This document shows, piece by piece, positions 46,247-55,635 of a DNA stretch of 64,000 nt; the stretch's first letter is position 1; each line of letters opens with the position of its first letter. Below the pieces are notes generated by a model. The model made no database searches. It worked only from the letters and a program-made list of their open reading frames with translations, and had not been told where the DNA came from. Source of the DNA: an uncultured virus (IMG/VR IMGVR_UViG_3300009152_000002) (lineage: Duplodnaviria; Heunggongvirae; Uroviricota; Caudoviricetes); the IMG/VR virus record IMGVR_UViG_3300009152_000002; one strand, given 5' to 3'. The translations under genes were made by a program, and so were the position numbers.

Positions 46247-46707
46247 GCGTTCTTGGTGGCGTTATACCCTGGCATCCCCTCAGGGATTGTCGATTTAGCC
46301 CAAGAAGGCGTCTTCATCTGTTCTTCATCGTATGCAGGAGGCGGCGCCAGGGTCGATTTTGCTAGCGCATCAGCGTAATCTTTCTGTGCTTGAGAGTAAG
46401 CCGTTTGGCTTGCTTCCCTTGCTGGTGCGTACTGATCGGTAACCCCTGAGTTAGCGCGGGTGTATTTATCTCCGGTGGGGAGGCTAGAGAGGTAAGTACC
46501 TGCAGCCTTCATACGAGTTTCCGCCTGACGGGCACCGATCTGCCCTGGAGTACCCGATTGAGCGTAAAGCTGTTGTTGGGCTGTATTGGTTTGCTGTTGA
46601 AGACGCCCCAAGTAGTCACCGGTCATCTGGTAAGACTCCAGTGGCTGAACCGATTGATACACTGTCGGGGGCGGAGGAGTGATAACCGTTGGCTTTGGAG
46701 TGCCCAT
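46243..46707 (-). CDS. Hypothetical protein, probably virion-associated
   Basis: MGTPKPTVITPPPP N-terminus. Confidence 0.6.
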   Translation of the reverse strand: MGTPKPTVITPPPPTVYQSVQPLESYQMTGDYLGRLQQQTNTAQQQLYAQSGTPGQIGARQAETRMKAAGTYLSSLPTGDKYTRANSGVTDQYAPAREASQTAYSQAQKDYADALAKSTLAPPPAYDEEQMKTPSWAKSTIPEGMPGYNATKNA

Positions 46708-46766
46708 TTTGACTACTACTTCAACTGTACTGTTACACTGATTTTACTCGTGACAAACCCATAGAG

Positions 46767-47099
46767 ATGTTGGACTCCAACGACGCCAAGGGGGCCGAGG
46801 ATGACGACCAGCAAAAGTTCCGCGACGGTAATTGGCCTTGCCATGTGAATGCATGTACTGATATGGATGAGTTTAGCGAACTTTTGTCCAAAGTGTCCAC
46901 TGATGTGCTTTGGAAAATTTTAATGACCTCCCAACAACGGATGATGGCTAATGCTTTATGGGAGGCTTGTAACTATGGAGGACGCCCAAAACCCGGTGAT
47001 TTGAAACACATGGAGAAGAAACGCGAATATGCTGAATGGGTTTTAAGAATTGATCATCGCCAGCAATGGAATAAAGCTCAAAAAACCGTTAAGCTGTAG
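46767..47099 (+). CDS. Hypothetical protein
   Basis: 110-aa ORF. Confidence 0.55.
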   Translation: MLDSNDAKGAEDDDQQKFRDGNWPCHVNACTDMDEFSELLSKVSTDVLWKILMTSQQRMMANALWEACNYGGRPKPGDLKHMEKKREYAEWVLRIDHRQQWNKAQKTVKL

Positions 47100-47108
47100 C
47101 AAAGATAA

Positions 47109-47729
47109 ATGTTGTCATCAATGGAAGCAGAGGAGTGGTTGGACGAACCCTTGGAAGAGGAAGAAGAGGTATCTTTTGTTGCGCCGCCTAAACCCCGGCA
47201 GTATTTGAGCTATCGGTTCAACAGTCTCACGGTCGAAGAAGTAACAGTAGAGAATTATGAAGAAATGTTGAAGGCTTCCCTGGCGGAACAAGTGAGTATG
47301 TTTATACCACCTTCTGGCAGCTTTAAGACGCCAGACCTTCGACGCTACCTGGAGTTGCTAAGAACGTACGAGACTAGTACAAATGATCTAATTCTTGGCT
47401 TCTCCCTGGCGGATCAAATCAGGATTACGTTCAGTGACATGAAGCCTGCCACAATCTGCGAGAAATTTCCAGACATTGATTTGGTCACGAAACGGCGCTA
47501 TCGTTGCGTAGCCGAGTACCTTATACGGCAAGGCGAACTTGCCAAAGTTAAAGATGAAAGCGGTAAGCTAGTTAAGAAAATAGGAAACATGGGTAAGGCT
47601 GTGGTCATCTACGAGCCATTAGCCAAGATCCGCCAAACCCTCCAACGCTCCGGACTCACCGAATTTATTAAAAATGACCAGCCGCCGCAAGGAACTACTC
47701 TCGAAACTGTGCCTGTCGAATCCAACTGA
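47109..47729 (+). CDS. Hypothetical protein
   Basis: 206-aa ORF. Confidence 0.65.
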   Translation: MLSSMEAEEWLDEPLEEEEEVSFVAPPKPRQYLSYRFNSLTVEEVTVENYEEMLKASLAEQVSMFIPPSGSFKTPDLRRYLELLRTYETSTNDLILGFSLADQIRITFSDMKPATICEKFPDIDLVTKRRYRCVAEYLIRQGELAKVKDESGKLVKKIGNMGKAVVIYEPLAKIRQTLQRSGLTEFIKNDQPPQGTTLETVPVESN

Positions 47730-48090
47730 GGAAGAAAAGATCCTCACTCAGCTCACAATTGAACGGATCTGCGCGGACATGTGCGATTTCTTTGAGAGTT
47801 TTTACGCTCAAGAAGGACCAGGTGCCATGGTGTATGTCCCCAAGGCAGAGAAAGAAGAGGACAGCATGTTTTATTTGACGGTTCCGCACATGATTAACGC
47901 CTTGGATGACTTTAAGCGGCAAGAAATGGAGGGTCCGGCAGAGGTAATGCAAAAAGCTATCGCCAGGGGAGAAGCCCTAAACCCACTTAAGGAGGCCCTT
48001 TTCATCATTCAAGATGAGAAAGAAATGTCACTGGTGCATTACAAACGCGAACAACCGACAGGAGGACTGGGGGAGTTTGTTGTTACGTGA
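47674..48090 (+). CDS. Hypothetical protein
   Basis: 138-aa ORF. Confidence 0.6.
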   Translation: MTSRRKELLSKLCLSNPTEEEKILTQLTIERICADMCDFFESFYAQEGPGAMVYVPKAEKEEDSMFYLTVPHMINALDDFKRQEMEGPAEVMQKAIARGEALNPLKEALFIIQDEKEMSLVHYKREQPTGGLGEFVVT

Positions 48091-48710
48091 GCCGGAGACC
48101 TTGGCTACCTAAACGTGAATTTTTATCTAGGATCGGCAATGTTGTTGACGACTGGCTAACCCCGGTTGAATATTTACCGTACATTGACGCCCTTCTAGGG
48201 GACATAGATTTAGATCCCTGTTCAACCCACCTGGCCAACGATCAATTTTTAAGAGCGAAACAAATCTATACGCTCAAAGAAGATGGCCTGAACATAGAAA
48301 TTCCTTGGACTGGCACAACTTATTTGTTTCCGCCAACCTACGGTAGGTGTTCCTTCAATAAAGAACGTGGTACCTGGAGGTGGGGCCTGCGGGGTGGTGG
48401 CCCTTTATGCAAAGCTCCGTCTGCTATTTGGTTTGGTAGGTTAGAAAGAGAATGGAAGATGAGAAATATAAGAGAAGCATTGTTTTTTAGCACAAACCAC
48501 GAAACAATGCGAACTAACCTTTCAATTTGGAATTATCCGGTTTGTATTCCAGAAAAAAGGTGTAATTTAATACACGGTAAAACGTTGACCACCATTGCTG
48601 GGCCGTTTACCTGGGGATACTTTGTTTACCTCCCTCGCGCTGAACTAGGATTTAACCAAGCCGACAAATTTATTGAGATCTTCTCCCACATCGGGAAAGT
48701 AATCTATTGA
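48087..48710 (+). CDS. Phage Dam-like DNA N6-adenine methyltransferase homolog
   Basis: DWLTP, IDLDPCS, EDGL...W; motif IV reads FPPTY. Confidence 0.65.
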   Translation: MSRRPWLPKREFLSRIGNVVDDWLTPVEYLPYIDALLGDIDLDPCSTHLANDQFLRAKQIYTLKEDGLNIEIPWTGTTYLFPPTYGRCSFNKERGTWRWGLRGGGPLCKAPSAIWFGRLEREWKMRNIREALFFSTNHETMRTNLSIWNYPVCIPEKRCNLIHGKTLTTIAGPFTWGYFVYLPRAELGFNQADKFIEIFSHIGKVIY

Positions 48711-48970
48711 TTGATGCGGTTAATGCGGCGCTGTGTCGGGCTGCGTGGGGCACCGTAAGCGTTCTTAAAGGAGTAGGTGGCGTCACCGGGTCCTGAGACA
48801 ACGAAACGGTCGTCCTCCTTCCGTTCTTGCTCCAGGGGAGAGCGCTGAGCAAGCCTACGTTGGGCTACAGCCCTTGCTGCGGCTCTCTTGCCCTGCTCAT
48901 TATCTATAGCCCTTTTAGCACCACGGTAGCGGTTGTCAACGTCGTAATCAGTGCTACTCTGGTGGTTCAT
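48704..48970 (-). CDS. Hypothetical basic protein
   Basis: 88-aa ORF. Confidence 0.55.
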   Translation of the reverse strand: MNHQSSTDYDVDNRYRGAKRAIDNEQGKRAAARAVAQRRLAQRSPLEQERKEDDRFVVSGPGDATYSFKNAYGAPRSPTQRRINRINQ

Positions 48971-48996
48971 GGAATCATTCTGACAGCAGCAAACCC

Positions 48997-49224
48997 ATGG
49001 AAGATCTGGTTAATAGCCCGTCACACTATGCGTCTGGCGCGGTGGAATGTATTGAAGCCATTGAAGCATCTCTAACTAATGAAGCTTTTCGTGGTTACCT
49101 GAAAGGTAACATCCAAAAGTACCTTTGGCGTTACGAAGATAAACACGATTCTTTACAAGATTTACAAAAAGCAGCATGGTACTTGAGGCGTTTAATTGTT
49201 TTTTATGAACGTTATGGATCCTGA
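48997..49224 (+). CDS. DUF3310 protein
   Basis: VNSPSHY...ECIEAI...GNIQKYLWR...DLQKAAWYL. Confidence 0.85.
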   Translation: MEDLVNSPSHYASGAVECIEAIEASLTNEAFRGYLKGNIQKYLWRYEDKHDSLQDLQKAAWYLRRLIVFYERYGS

Positions 49225-49289
49225 TAAAATTCTCCACGAATACTGTCCAGAACTTCAGTTACTGGACATGTTGGACTGGTTGCAATGTA

Positions 49290-50036
49290 CTATAGGTTTC
49301 GAGGCGAACCCAATCCCCCCTGTTCTTGATTCCAATAACGAAAAAAGCGACGAATAGTTTCTCCAGTGGGATCCCACTCCACAACTTTTCGTTCTAGATA
49401 CTCGATTGCCTTGATTTGATTGGGTGTGCCCATATAACTTTCGCCGATATTGAGCAGGCAGTGCTTCAGAAGACACTTGTGTTCAGTAAATAGCGGAACC
49501 TGATCATCTGGCGCCAAGTAAGTGTTGAGTTCAACACGTCGGCGTTCTTTTAAAAATTGACTGGCGCCACGGTACGCGGGATTGATGAACGGACTCCACT
49601 CTTTAATAATGGCGTTCTTACTTGCTCGTTTGTTAATTAACTTCAAAAGTTGACATTCTTTGAAATTAGCCAGACCAACACTGTGTGCGTAACTTAGAAG
49701 TGCGGCACGTTTCTTAGGTGCGGTCGGCATGACAACGTAATGCTGAACTTTATCTGCAAACTCTTCTAAATCCTTAATCAACTGTTCAAGAATTTCTTTT
49801 TCTGTTGCCCTGGTAAACATTCCGATCCAGGATTTGCCTAGACGCTTGCTGCCATAACCGATCCGCCATTCACCGTGTTCAGTTTTGTACGCAGCAAAAC
49901 GGCCAAAACCGCAGTCGGTCCTGGCCGGAGTGTAAAGTTTTATGAGCTTAACGGCTGTGTCGTTAAGAAAAGGGTTGTTGTATTCCTTAAGGGACAACCA
50001 CGGTGCCGACGTACGACGCTTCAGTATAGTCGTCAA
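49290..50036 (-). CDS. Lysozyme (GH24)-like protein with a degenerate active site
   Basis: AY...GEWRIGYG, AALLSYAHSVG, ERRRVE. Confidence 0.65.
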   Translation of the reverse strand: MTTILKRRTSAPWLSLKEYNNPFLNDTAVKLIKLYTPARTDCGFGRFAAYKTEHGEWRIGYGSKRLGKSWIGMFTRATEKEILEQLIKDLEEFADKVQHYVVMPTAPKKRAALLSYAHSVGLANFKECQLLKLINKRASKNAIIKEWSPFINPAYRGASQFLKERRRVELNTYLAPDDQVPLFTEHKCLLKHCLLNIGESYMGTPNQIKAIEYLERKVVEWDPTGETIRRFFRYWNQEQGGLGSPRNL

Positions 50037-50373
50037 AAGTCAGAAGCACAACATAATTCTTTGATGCGTCAGAGACGGTCACGGCGATGGCACCTTTACC
50101 TTTACCTGCCTTGGCAACATTGAAGAACTTTTGATACCCCGTGGGGGCGGAACCAGTGTTGTACGCATCTTCCTGGAAAATTTCCAAGTCAATCAGTGCG
50201 GCGCTTTTATCAATTTTAATAATAATGTCGCCAGTGGAGGCGGGGTTTACGCGGAAACCACGGGTAAGATCACCGACGTTACCTGCAGTGGTTGGACCCA
50301 GGTAAGTGATTTCAGTACCGGCGCTGACCTGAAGATTGTTCAGGGTGCCTTTAATAGTACGAGTGACGGCCAT
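49987..50373 (-). CDS. Putative virion protein
   Basis: 128 aa, beta-rich. Confidence 0.6.
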   Translation of the reverse strand: MAVTRTIKGTLNNLQVSAGTEITYLGPTTAGNVGDLTRGFRVNPASTGDIIIKIDKSAALIDLEIFQEDAYNTGSAPTGYQKFFNVAKAGKGKGAIAVTVSDASKNYVVLLTFDDYTEASYVGTVVVP

Positions 50374-50378
50374 GGGTA

Positions 50379-50600
50379 TTAAGAGAGTTGATTGGCGGTG
50401 AGGTAATTAAAGTTGATTTCAGCATCAATACCGTGTTCCTTCAAGATATTGAAGAACAGCTGACGATCCATCATTTTCTGATGAAGCATGTCAATGAACG
50501 CTTCTTCTAACTCGTCTCGATCCAGATCTTTGATTGCAAAAGCCGCTGCATGAACAGCAAACTCCTGATCAACTGACAGGTTTAGAGCATTGGCGTCCAT
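50379..50600 (-). CDS. nblA: Phycobilisome degradation protein NblA
   Basis: LSVDQEF...IKDLDRDELEEAFIDMLHQKMMDRQLFFNILK. Confidence 0.75.
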   Translation of the reverse strand: MDANALNLSVDQEFAVHAAAFAIKDLDRDELEEAFIDMLHQKMMDRQLFFNILKEHGIDAEINFNYLTANQLS

Positions 50601-50951
50601 TAAATCGCCCAATCTATGACGTAATTCTAACAGCCGTGATTAAAAAAAGCGACTAGCTCTAGCAAGCCGGATCGCGGAGGGGGACGTACCGCTGATCCAC
50701 AGTGAAGCTGGGTGGGTCGCCAGGGAGATCAAGAGCCCCTTGTTCCAAGACAGGTAGCCTTTCGGATATATACGTTTTTAAATACTGACTTGTGGCTGGG
50801 GTGGCGGTCATTGGGTGTCCGGTCAAGCTTTAAGGAGTGTGCGCCAACTTTGTAGGCAAGAAAAAAGGTAAACCCAAAAATAAATATTAAAGGTTCCACT
50901 TGCCACAGGTTCTTTCAACTACTATATTTTATCTAAACCAAAAACCCCAAC

Positions 50952-51746
50952 ATGGATTCAACTGAAATTGCGTATGAGCTGATGAAGGCTGGCGTGAGCG
51001 GGGTCAGCAAGGTCCAGACTTTGAGTTACATTAAAAATACATACAACTTAACGGATCAGCAATTAGATCAAGTCTTGAATCTTTGCGACTTTAAATTTAA
51101 ACCAAAACAGATTGATTACAAAAAAATAGCAAATCAAATTTTCCCAGTGGGAACAAATCAATACAAGTATCCGTTTACTCAAATATACAAGTTTGATAAT
51201 TTTTTAACTCCAGAAGATTGTCAAACACTGATAGACGAATCTAATAAAAAACTGAGGCCTTCAACGGTGTCTAATATTAAGGACGAAGTTGTCCTATCAA
51301 AGGACAGAACAAGTAAAACTGCCGACCTGCACTACTTCAGTTCTTCTTATTTAAATCAAATTGATAACAAAATAACGTCCTTTATGGGGCTGAATCCCTT
51401 TACTGGGGAGATTATGCAGACGCAAAAGTACGAACCGGGGCAGTACTATAAAGCGCATACGGATTATTTCCACCCGTTAACAAGGGAATATAGAACATAC
51501 ACCGAGTGGATGGGACAACGTACGTGGACGTTTATGCTTTACCTTAATGACGTAGAGGAAGGTGGTGAAACTTATTTCAAACGCCTTAACTTAAAAGTAA
51601 AACCAAAACAGGGTATGGCCATTTTTTGGAATAACCTTTACAGAAATGGAATACCAAACCCAAAGACTTTACACGAGGCTTGTCCGCCAGTGAGTGGGGA
51701 TAAGTACGTAATTACAAAGTGGTTCCGGAGTTGGCCGTTGATCTAG
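50952..51746 (+). CDS. Prolyl 4-hydroxylase-like 2OG-Fe(II) oxygenase
   Basis: HTD, RTWTFMLYLNDVEEGGET, LHEACP, KYVITKW. Confidence 0.9.
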   Translation: MDSTEIAYELMKAGVSGVSKVQTLSYIKNTYNLTDQQLDQVLNLCDFKFKPKQIDYKKIANQIFPVGTNQYKYPFTQIYKFDNFLTPEDCQTLIDESNKKLRPSTVSNIKDEVVLSKDRTSKTADLHYFSSSYLNQIDNKITSFMGLNPFTGEIMQTQKYEPGQYYKAHTDYFHPLTREYRTYTEWMGQRTWTFMLYLNDVEEGGETYFKRLNLKVKPKQGMAIFWNNLYRNGIPNPKTLHEACPPVSGDKYVITKWFRSWPLI

Positions 51747-52087
51747 TTGGCGGCGATCTGGAAGGTTACTTCGGCGTCGGTGCCACCTGTTTCGTGGAAG
51801 AAGCTGGCGCGAAGCTTCCGCATGGGAAATCCGCTGACATTGTACGTGTAGGTTCCGTTTTCCTTAATGATGTTAGAGATCATGGCACCGAAGTTGGTAC
51901 CATCTGTGCTGCCGTCAAGCCGTACAATGACTGAAGTATTAATATTGGCAACCGTTGCAACAAGGGTGTAATTCCTTGTAGAGAGGTAATTGACACTGTA
52001 AACATCAACTACGTCCGTTACGCCAGGGTCTGTGAGCGTTGGAAAACTAAAAAATACTGTCTGCTGATAACTCTCGAAATAACTCAT
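51743..52087 (-). CDS. Small beta-rich putative virion protein
   Basis: VRLDGSTDGTNF; paralog of 53304..53654. Confidence 0.65.
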   Translation of the reverse strand: MSYFESYQQTVFFSFPTLTDPGVTDVVDVYSVNYLSTRNYTLVATVANINTSVIVRLDGSTDGTNFGAMISNIIKENGTYTYNVSGFPMRKLRASFFHETGGTDAEVTFQIAAN

Positions 52088-52150
52088 GCATGCACCTCAG
52101 TACCAGCTAATATAGCAAAACTGATGCCCTGGTTTTGATTGTAAAAATGT

Positions 52151-52483
52151 TTATTTAATTTCTGTGGCGTCAAAGGGTTCAGCTTTTGGCAGAAGATTGA
52201 TGACATCCACCCAAGCCACCACTGTTACTTGATCAGCAAACTCTATAGGTAGTTGAGAAAAAATTAATGCGAAGATGCCATCAGTTGCTTCAGTCAATAC
52301 ATCGGCGCTAGAGGCCCAGGTGCCATCAGTCAATTTAATTGGGGCAATCTTGTTTTTTGCGTCTTCTGGCTGGACTGCTAAAAGCGCATCGCAAACAGTG
52401 TCATCGAATACCAAGCCATAAGCCTTGGCATCAAAGTCAATAGGTAGAGTGTGCCCTGGTCCAATCAGATCAAAAAGGTTCAT
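52151..52483 (-). CDS. Hypothetical protein
   Basis: LTDGTW...ADVLTE. Confidence 0.6.
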   Translation of the reverse strand: MNLFDLIGPGHTLPIDFDAKAYGLVFDDTVCDALLAVQPEDAKNKIAPIKLTDGTWASSADVLTEATDGIFALIFSQLPIEFADQVTVVAWVDVINLLPKAEPFDATEIK

Positions 52484-53304
52484 GGTATTGCCGCCGCAAA
52501 AGCATTAATTAAAGTAGTAATGCGAGTATTTAAAAGTGTTAAATTCAAAGATTCTCCAATACTATAAAAAGCCATGCGGGCATCAGAACGATAAGAAGAA
52601 CTTCCAAATTCCGCGAAAATATGTGTAGAACCGTTAGCTGGAGTTTGAGAAGAAGTTGTAATTGTCGTATTATTTCCTGAAATTCGGGTTACATAGTTAG
52701 TTCCAGTATTTCGAGTTGAGCCAATTAAACCTGTGGCTGTAGAGGTAGATATTGCAGCAAAATCATTAGCAATGTTTCTATTGCGAAAAAACAACTGCAG
52801 ACTAGGTAAATACAAACCTAAGTATGTACCGCCAGTGGCAGATAAACCGCCCAAATAGAGTTGAATTGCGTTTGCTATTGTTCCAGCAGTTGAAATATAA
52901 ACACAAAAACTGTAATTATCTTGAGGATCTGCATTAGTATTTCTGTTACTATCTAAATATTTAGTAGAAGCATTTCCAATTAACCCTGTCTTTCGATTAT
53001 AGTCTCCAGACACAAAATTATTATTGGTTGGAGCCGTACCAACAAGTGGGACTAATGCCCCGCTCAGTGTCCGTGCCCCAGAAAGTATGCAACTGGCCTT
53101 GATGGCGTTCCAAGTACCATCAGCTTTACAACCGACTACAAAAGCGTTAATTGCGTTCCTAACACCTGTTTCTAATGCTTGGCCGTCAGCAGTTTCGACA
53201 GCACTAATATAAGCAAGAGCGTTGCTGTCGAAACTTACGCTGGGAGGCAAACTCAATGCAGTATTCCTACTAAGCATTAACCTCTTAAGCTGCAAAAGAC
53301 CCAT
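52480..53304 (-). CDS. Putative virion protein with a LamG-like region
   Basis: AYISAVETADGQALE...DYNRKTGL...AFYSIG. Confidence 0.65.
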   Translation of the reverse strand: MGLLQLKRLMLSRNTALSLPPSVSFDSNALAYISAVETADGQALETGVRNAINAFVVGCKADGTWNAIKASCILSGARTLSGALVPLVGTAPTNNNFVSGDYNRKTGLIGNASTKYLDSNRNTNADPQDNYSFCVYISTAGTIANAIQLYLGGLSATGGTYLGLYLPSLQLFFRNRNIANDFAAISTSTATGLIGSTRNTGTNYVTRISGNNTTITTSSQTPANGSTHIFAEFGSSSYRSDARMAFYSIGESLNLTLLNTRITTLINAFAAAIP

Positions 53305-53654
53305 TATTTTCCTGAAATAACAAAAGTAACTGATGGAGTTCCACCACTAATACTAACCAAGCGGCCACGCACAGCTTTCAGGGGAGTATTTTGAACACTG
53401 TATCCGGTAGTACCATTGGCCGTCAAGGTAGTATCTCCAGTTGAATCTAAATTAAAGAAATTGGTACCATCTAAACTTCCTTCAAACCGAATAACAACAT
53501 TAGTACTAATAGAAGCAACTGTTACCTGAAAAACAATATTAACGCATGCTGCATTATCTTTGTCTGCAAAATTAACGGCTGTAGTAGTACCAGCAGTTGT
53601 CAATGCTGCTGGGTAAGAAAAAACAGTATCTAAAAAAAACGTAGCGGTAGTCAT
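53304..53654 (-). CDS. Small beta-rich putative virion protein
   Basis: IRFEGSLDGTNF. Confidence 0.65.
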   Translation of the reverse strand: MTTATFFLDTVFSYPAALTTAGTTTAVNFADKDNAACVNIVFQVTVASISTNVVIRFEGSLDGTNFFNLDSTGDTTLTANGTTGYSVQNTPLKAVRGRLVSISGGTPSVTFVISGK

Positions 53655-53657
53655 TTC

Positions 53658-54128
53658 TTACTTTTTGTACTCTAAATTTGATTTTAGCAGCCACTGATTT
53701 TTCTTGTGAACACGTCCGCGTTCAACTCCAAGGTCAAGTGTCAGTTGATCCCCAATCTGTTCTGACATCTTGATCAAATCTTCAAATTTTTGAGCAAGAA
53801 GATTGTGATTGGTCGCCAGTTGAAGAATAATTGCTTCTTGATTAAAACAACTATCTAAAGAAACTACGGGCATTGTTGAGTAAATCAAGTCCTCAACTGT
53901 CTTAGGTGTTGCAATATCAAGAGAACGAATATGCTCGGCAATTGTGTCATTGCCTTCTTCCATTTCTTGATAGATGCGTTCTGTCAAGAGGTGAAGTTGG
54001 TAAAACTTGCCTCCCATCAGATTCCAGTGAACAAGCTGGGTCTGGTGGTAAACGTGGATAGAATCCCTCAGGCACTGCGTCAGGTGGCAGTAGCAAGGAG
54101 TTGCTTTGTCGGTTGCGGTTTTAGCCAT
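53658..54128 (-). CDS. dps: Dps-family ferritin-like protein
   Basis: HWNLMGGKFYQLH...DTIAEHIR...HKKNQWLL. Confidence 0.88.
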   Translation of the reverse strand: MAKTATDKATPCYCHLTQCLRDSIHVYHQTQLVHWNLMGGKFYQLHLLTERIYQEMEEGNDTIAEHIRSLDIATPKTVEDLIYSTMPVVSLDSCFNQEAIILQLATNHNLLAQKFEDLIKMSEQIGDQLTLDLGVERGRVHKKNQWLLKSNLEYKK

Positions 54129-54133
54129 TTAGT

Positions 54134-54406
54134 TTACCAAAGGTCGTTGCAAGCCCAGTAACGGGGCGTGTTTTTGTCCATTGCCTTATCGCATCCCATT
54201 CTAGCTCGGAAGTTCTTACGTCGCGCGGGGTCATGATGTTGCGTATAATCTTCATATCCACGGCGACCATACCGGACAATCTTTTCTTCTCCATCATGGC
54301 AGGACTTGACCACCCACTTGTGCGTATCACCAGCTGGAGCACGGCGGGGTTGGTTGCACTTCATGTGCTCCTTAGCTAATCGTTTGGCTTTTGCGTGATC
54401 AGCCAT
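54134..54406 (-). CDS. Conserved small phage protein
   Basis: KIVRYG...RRKNFRARMGC...YWACNDLW. Confidence 0.7.
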   Translation of the reverse strand: MADHAKAKRLAKEHMKCNQPRRAPAGDTHKWVVKSCHDGEEKIVRYGRRGYEDYTQHHDPARRKNFRARMGCDKAMDKNTPRYWACNDLW

Positions 54407-54553
54407 CAGACGTAATAATCGCTACGATCTTGAATAGTTGTTCCGACTTGTCCAGTAAGGAGCGGATACTTCTCAGTGCGCTCGTCCTGTGCTTTTTGAA
54501 TCAGTTGTGCAACCTGACCGGCGTAATCTTGGGCAAATTGTTTGGCCTTGGGA

Positions 54554-54964
54554 TCAGGTTGCGATCCATCCGAGGGTTGCATCATTGCAGATATAAGGTA
54601 TGGCCTGAGCCGCAGGTGTAAGTCTTACGGAACAAGGTTTTTGCTCCATCCATTCTTTAAGTTTACCAACCCTTTGCTCTGAATAATGTTGGTGAGAAGG
54701 ACTCATGTAATCAAACACATTCTGCGAACCTTTGGCTCGGTTGCAATTTGAACATGCGCATGCCAAGTTGCTTCTGGTGCTGTGTCCACCTTTATGTTTT
54801 GGAAGGATGTGATCGATTGTGGCGTCACGATCACTTAACTGCTTATCGCAGTAAGCGCAACACCAATTCCAATCTTCAAAGATACTTTCTCGAAATCGTT
54901 TACGCGCAATTTTTGGACTAAGAACAACAAGATTAGTTAAAAAATCGTCAGCGCAGTGAAACAT
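54554..54964 (-). CDS. HNH endonuclease
   Basis: CAYC...TIDHILPKHKGG...NLACACSNCNRAK. Confidence 0.88.
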   Translation of the reverse strand: MFHCADDFLTNLVVLSPKIARKRFRESIFEDWNWCCAYCDKQLSDRDATIDHILPKHKGGHSTRSNLACACSNCNRAKGSQNVFDYMSPSHQHYSEQRVGKLKEWMEQKPCSVRLTPAAQAIPYICNDATLGWIAT

Positions 54965-55035
54965 GAAACTGTCATGAATCCTTACACAAAACTACGGTGC
55001 ACACACTTGCATTATGCGTTATGCTTGCACTGAAA

Positions 55036-55118
55036 GGGAGTGTGGCGTAATTGGTAGCCGCATCAGACTTAAAATCTGATGGTCTTTGACCGTAGGGGTT
55101 CGACGCCCCTCGCTCCCA
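55036..55118 (+). tRNA. trnL: tRNA-Leu(TAA)
   Basis: GGGAGTG/CGCTCCC acceptor, TCAGA-CTTAAAA-TCTGA anticodon arm, variable arm, GGTTCGAC; CCA not encoded. Confidence 0.92.
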
Positions 55119-55119
55119 T

Positions 55120-55341
55120 TTAATCAGTTAAACCGGCTGCATCGTCCTCAGCCGGATCGTAATCCACATCTTCCAGTAGCTTCAGGAGCCAGTGGTGGAC
55201 ACGATCAGTAACCCACCGCAGGTCTTCATCTGTTACGTCGCTAATAATGGCATTAAGGCGAAGCTCGCGGGAGGGTTGCCGCACATTATCTGCCAGTAGC
55301 TCAAGGGCTCGATGACGCCCTGGGGTGAGATCTCCAAGCAT
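55120..55341 (-). CDS. Hypothetical protein
   Basis: 73-aa ORF. Confidence 0.55.
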   Translation of the reverse strand: MLGDLTPGRHRALELLADNVRQPSRELRLNAIISDVTDEDLRWVTDRVHHWLLKLLEDVDYDPAEDDAAGLTD

Positions 55342-55343
55342 CG

Positions 55344-55562
55344 TTAATCAGCTAAGGCCGCAGCAGTCAATGCTTCACGCTCAGCCTCTGCTTCCTTAAC
55401 ATTTTCTTCTTCTTTTAGAATTGCAAGGACCTCAAGGGCGCCAGATACTTTCAAGTAGCCTTCTTTTTTTGCAAGCAGGTCAGATTCTCCATTACGAATC
55501 TGATCGGCCAGATCCGACAATTGTTGCTTAAGACCAGCCTCTAGTTCTTTAATGTTTGCCAT
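55344..55562 (-). CDS. Coiled-coil hypothetical protein
   Basis: LKVSGALEVL motif. Confidence 0.6.
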   Translation of the reverse strand: MANIKELEAGLKQQLSDLADQIRNGESDLLAKKEGYLKVSGALEVLAILKEEENVKEAEAEREALTAAALAD

Positions 55563-55635
55563 GACGTAAGGTTGAATTTACAGTTATGATAGCAGATTAT
55601 TAGCCTTTAACAAGGCTACTCAATAATTTTTATTG

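Noticed and set aside
55036..55118. tRNA-Leu as a prophage attachment site
   Set aside because: It is flanked by phage genes on both sides, with no duplicated 3' end or integrase in view.
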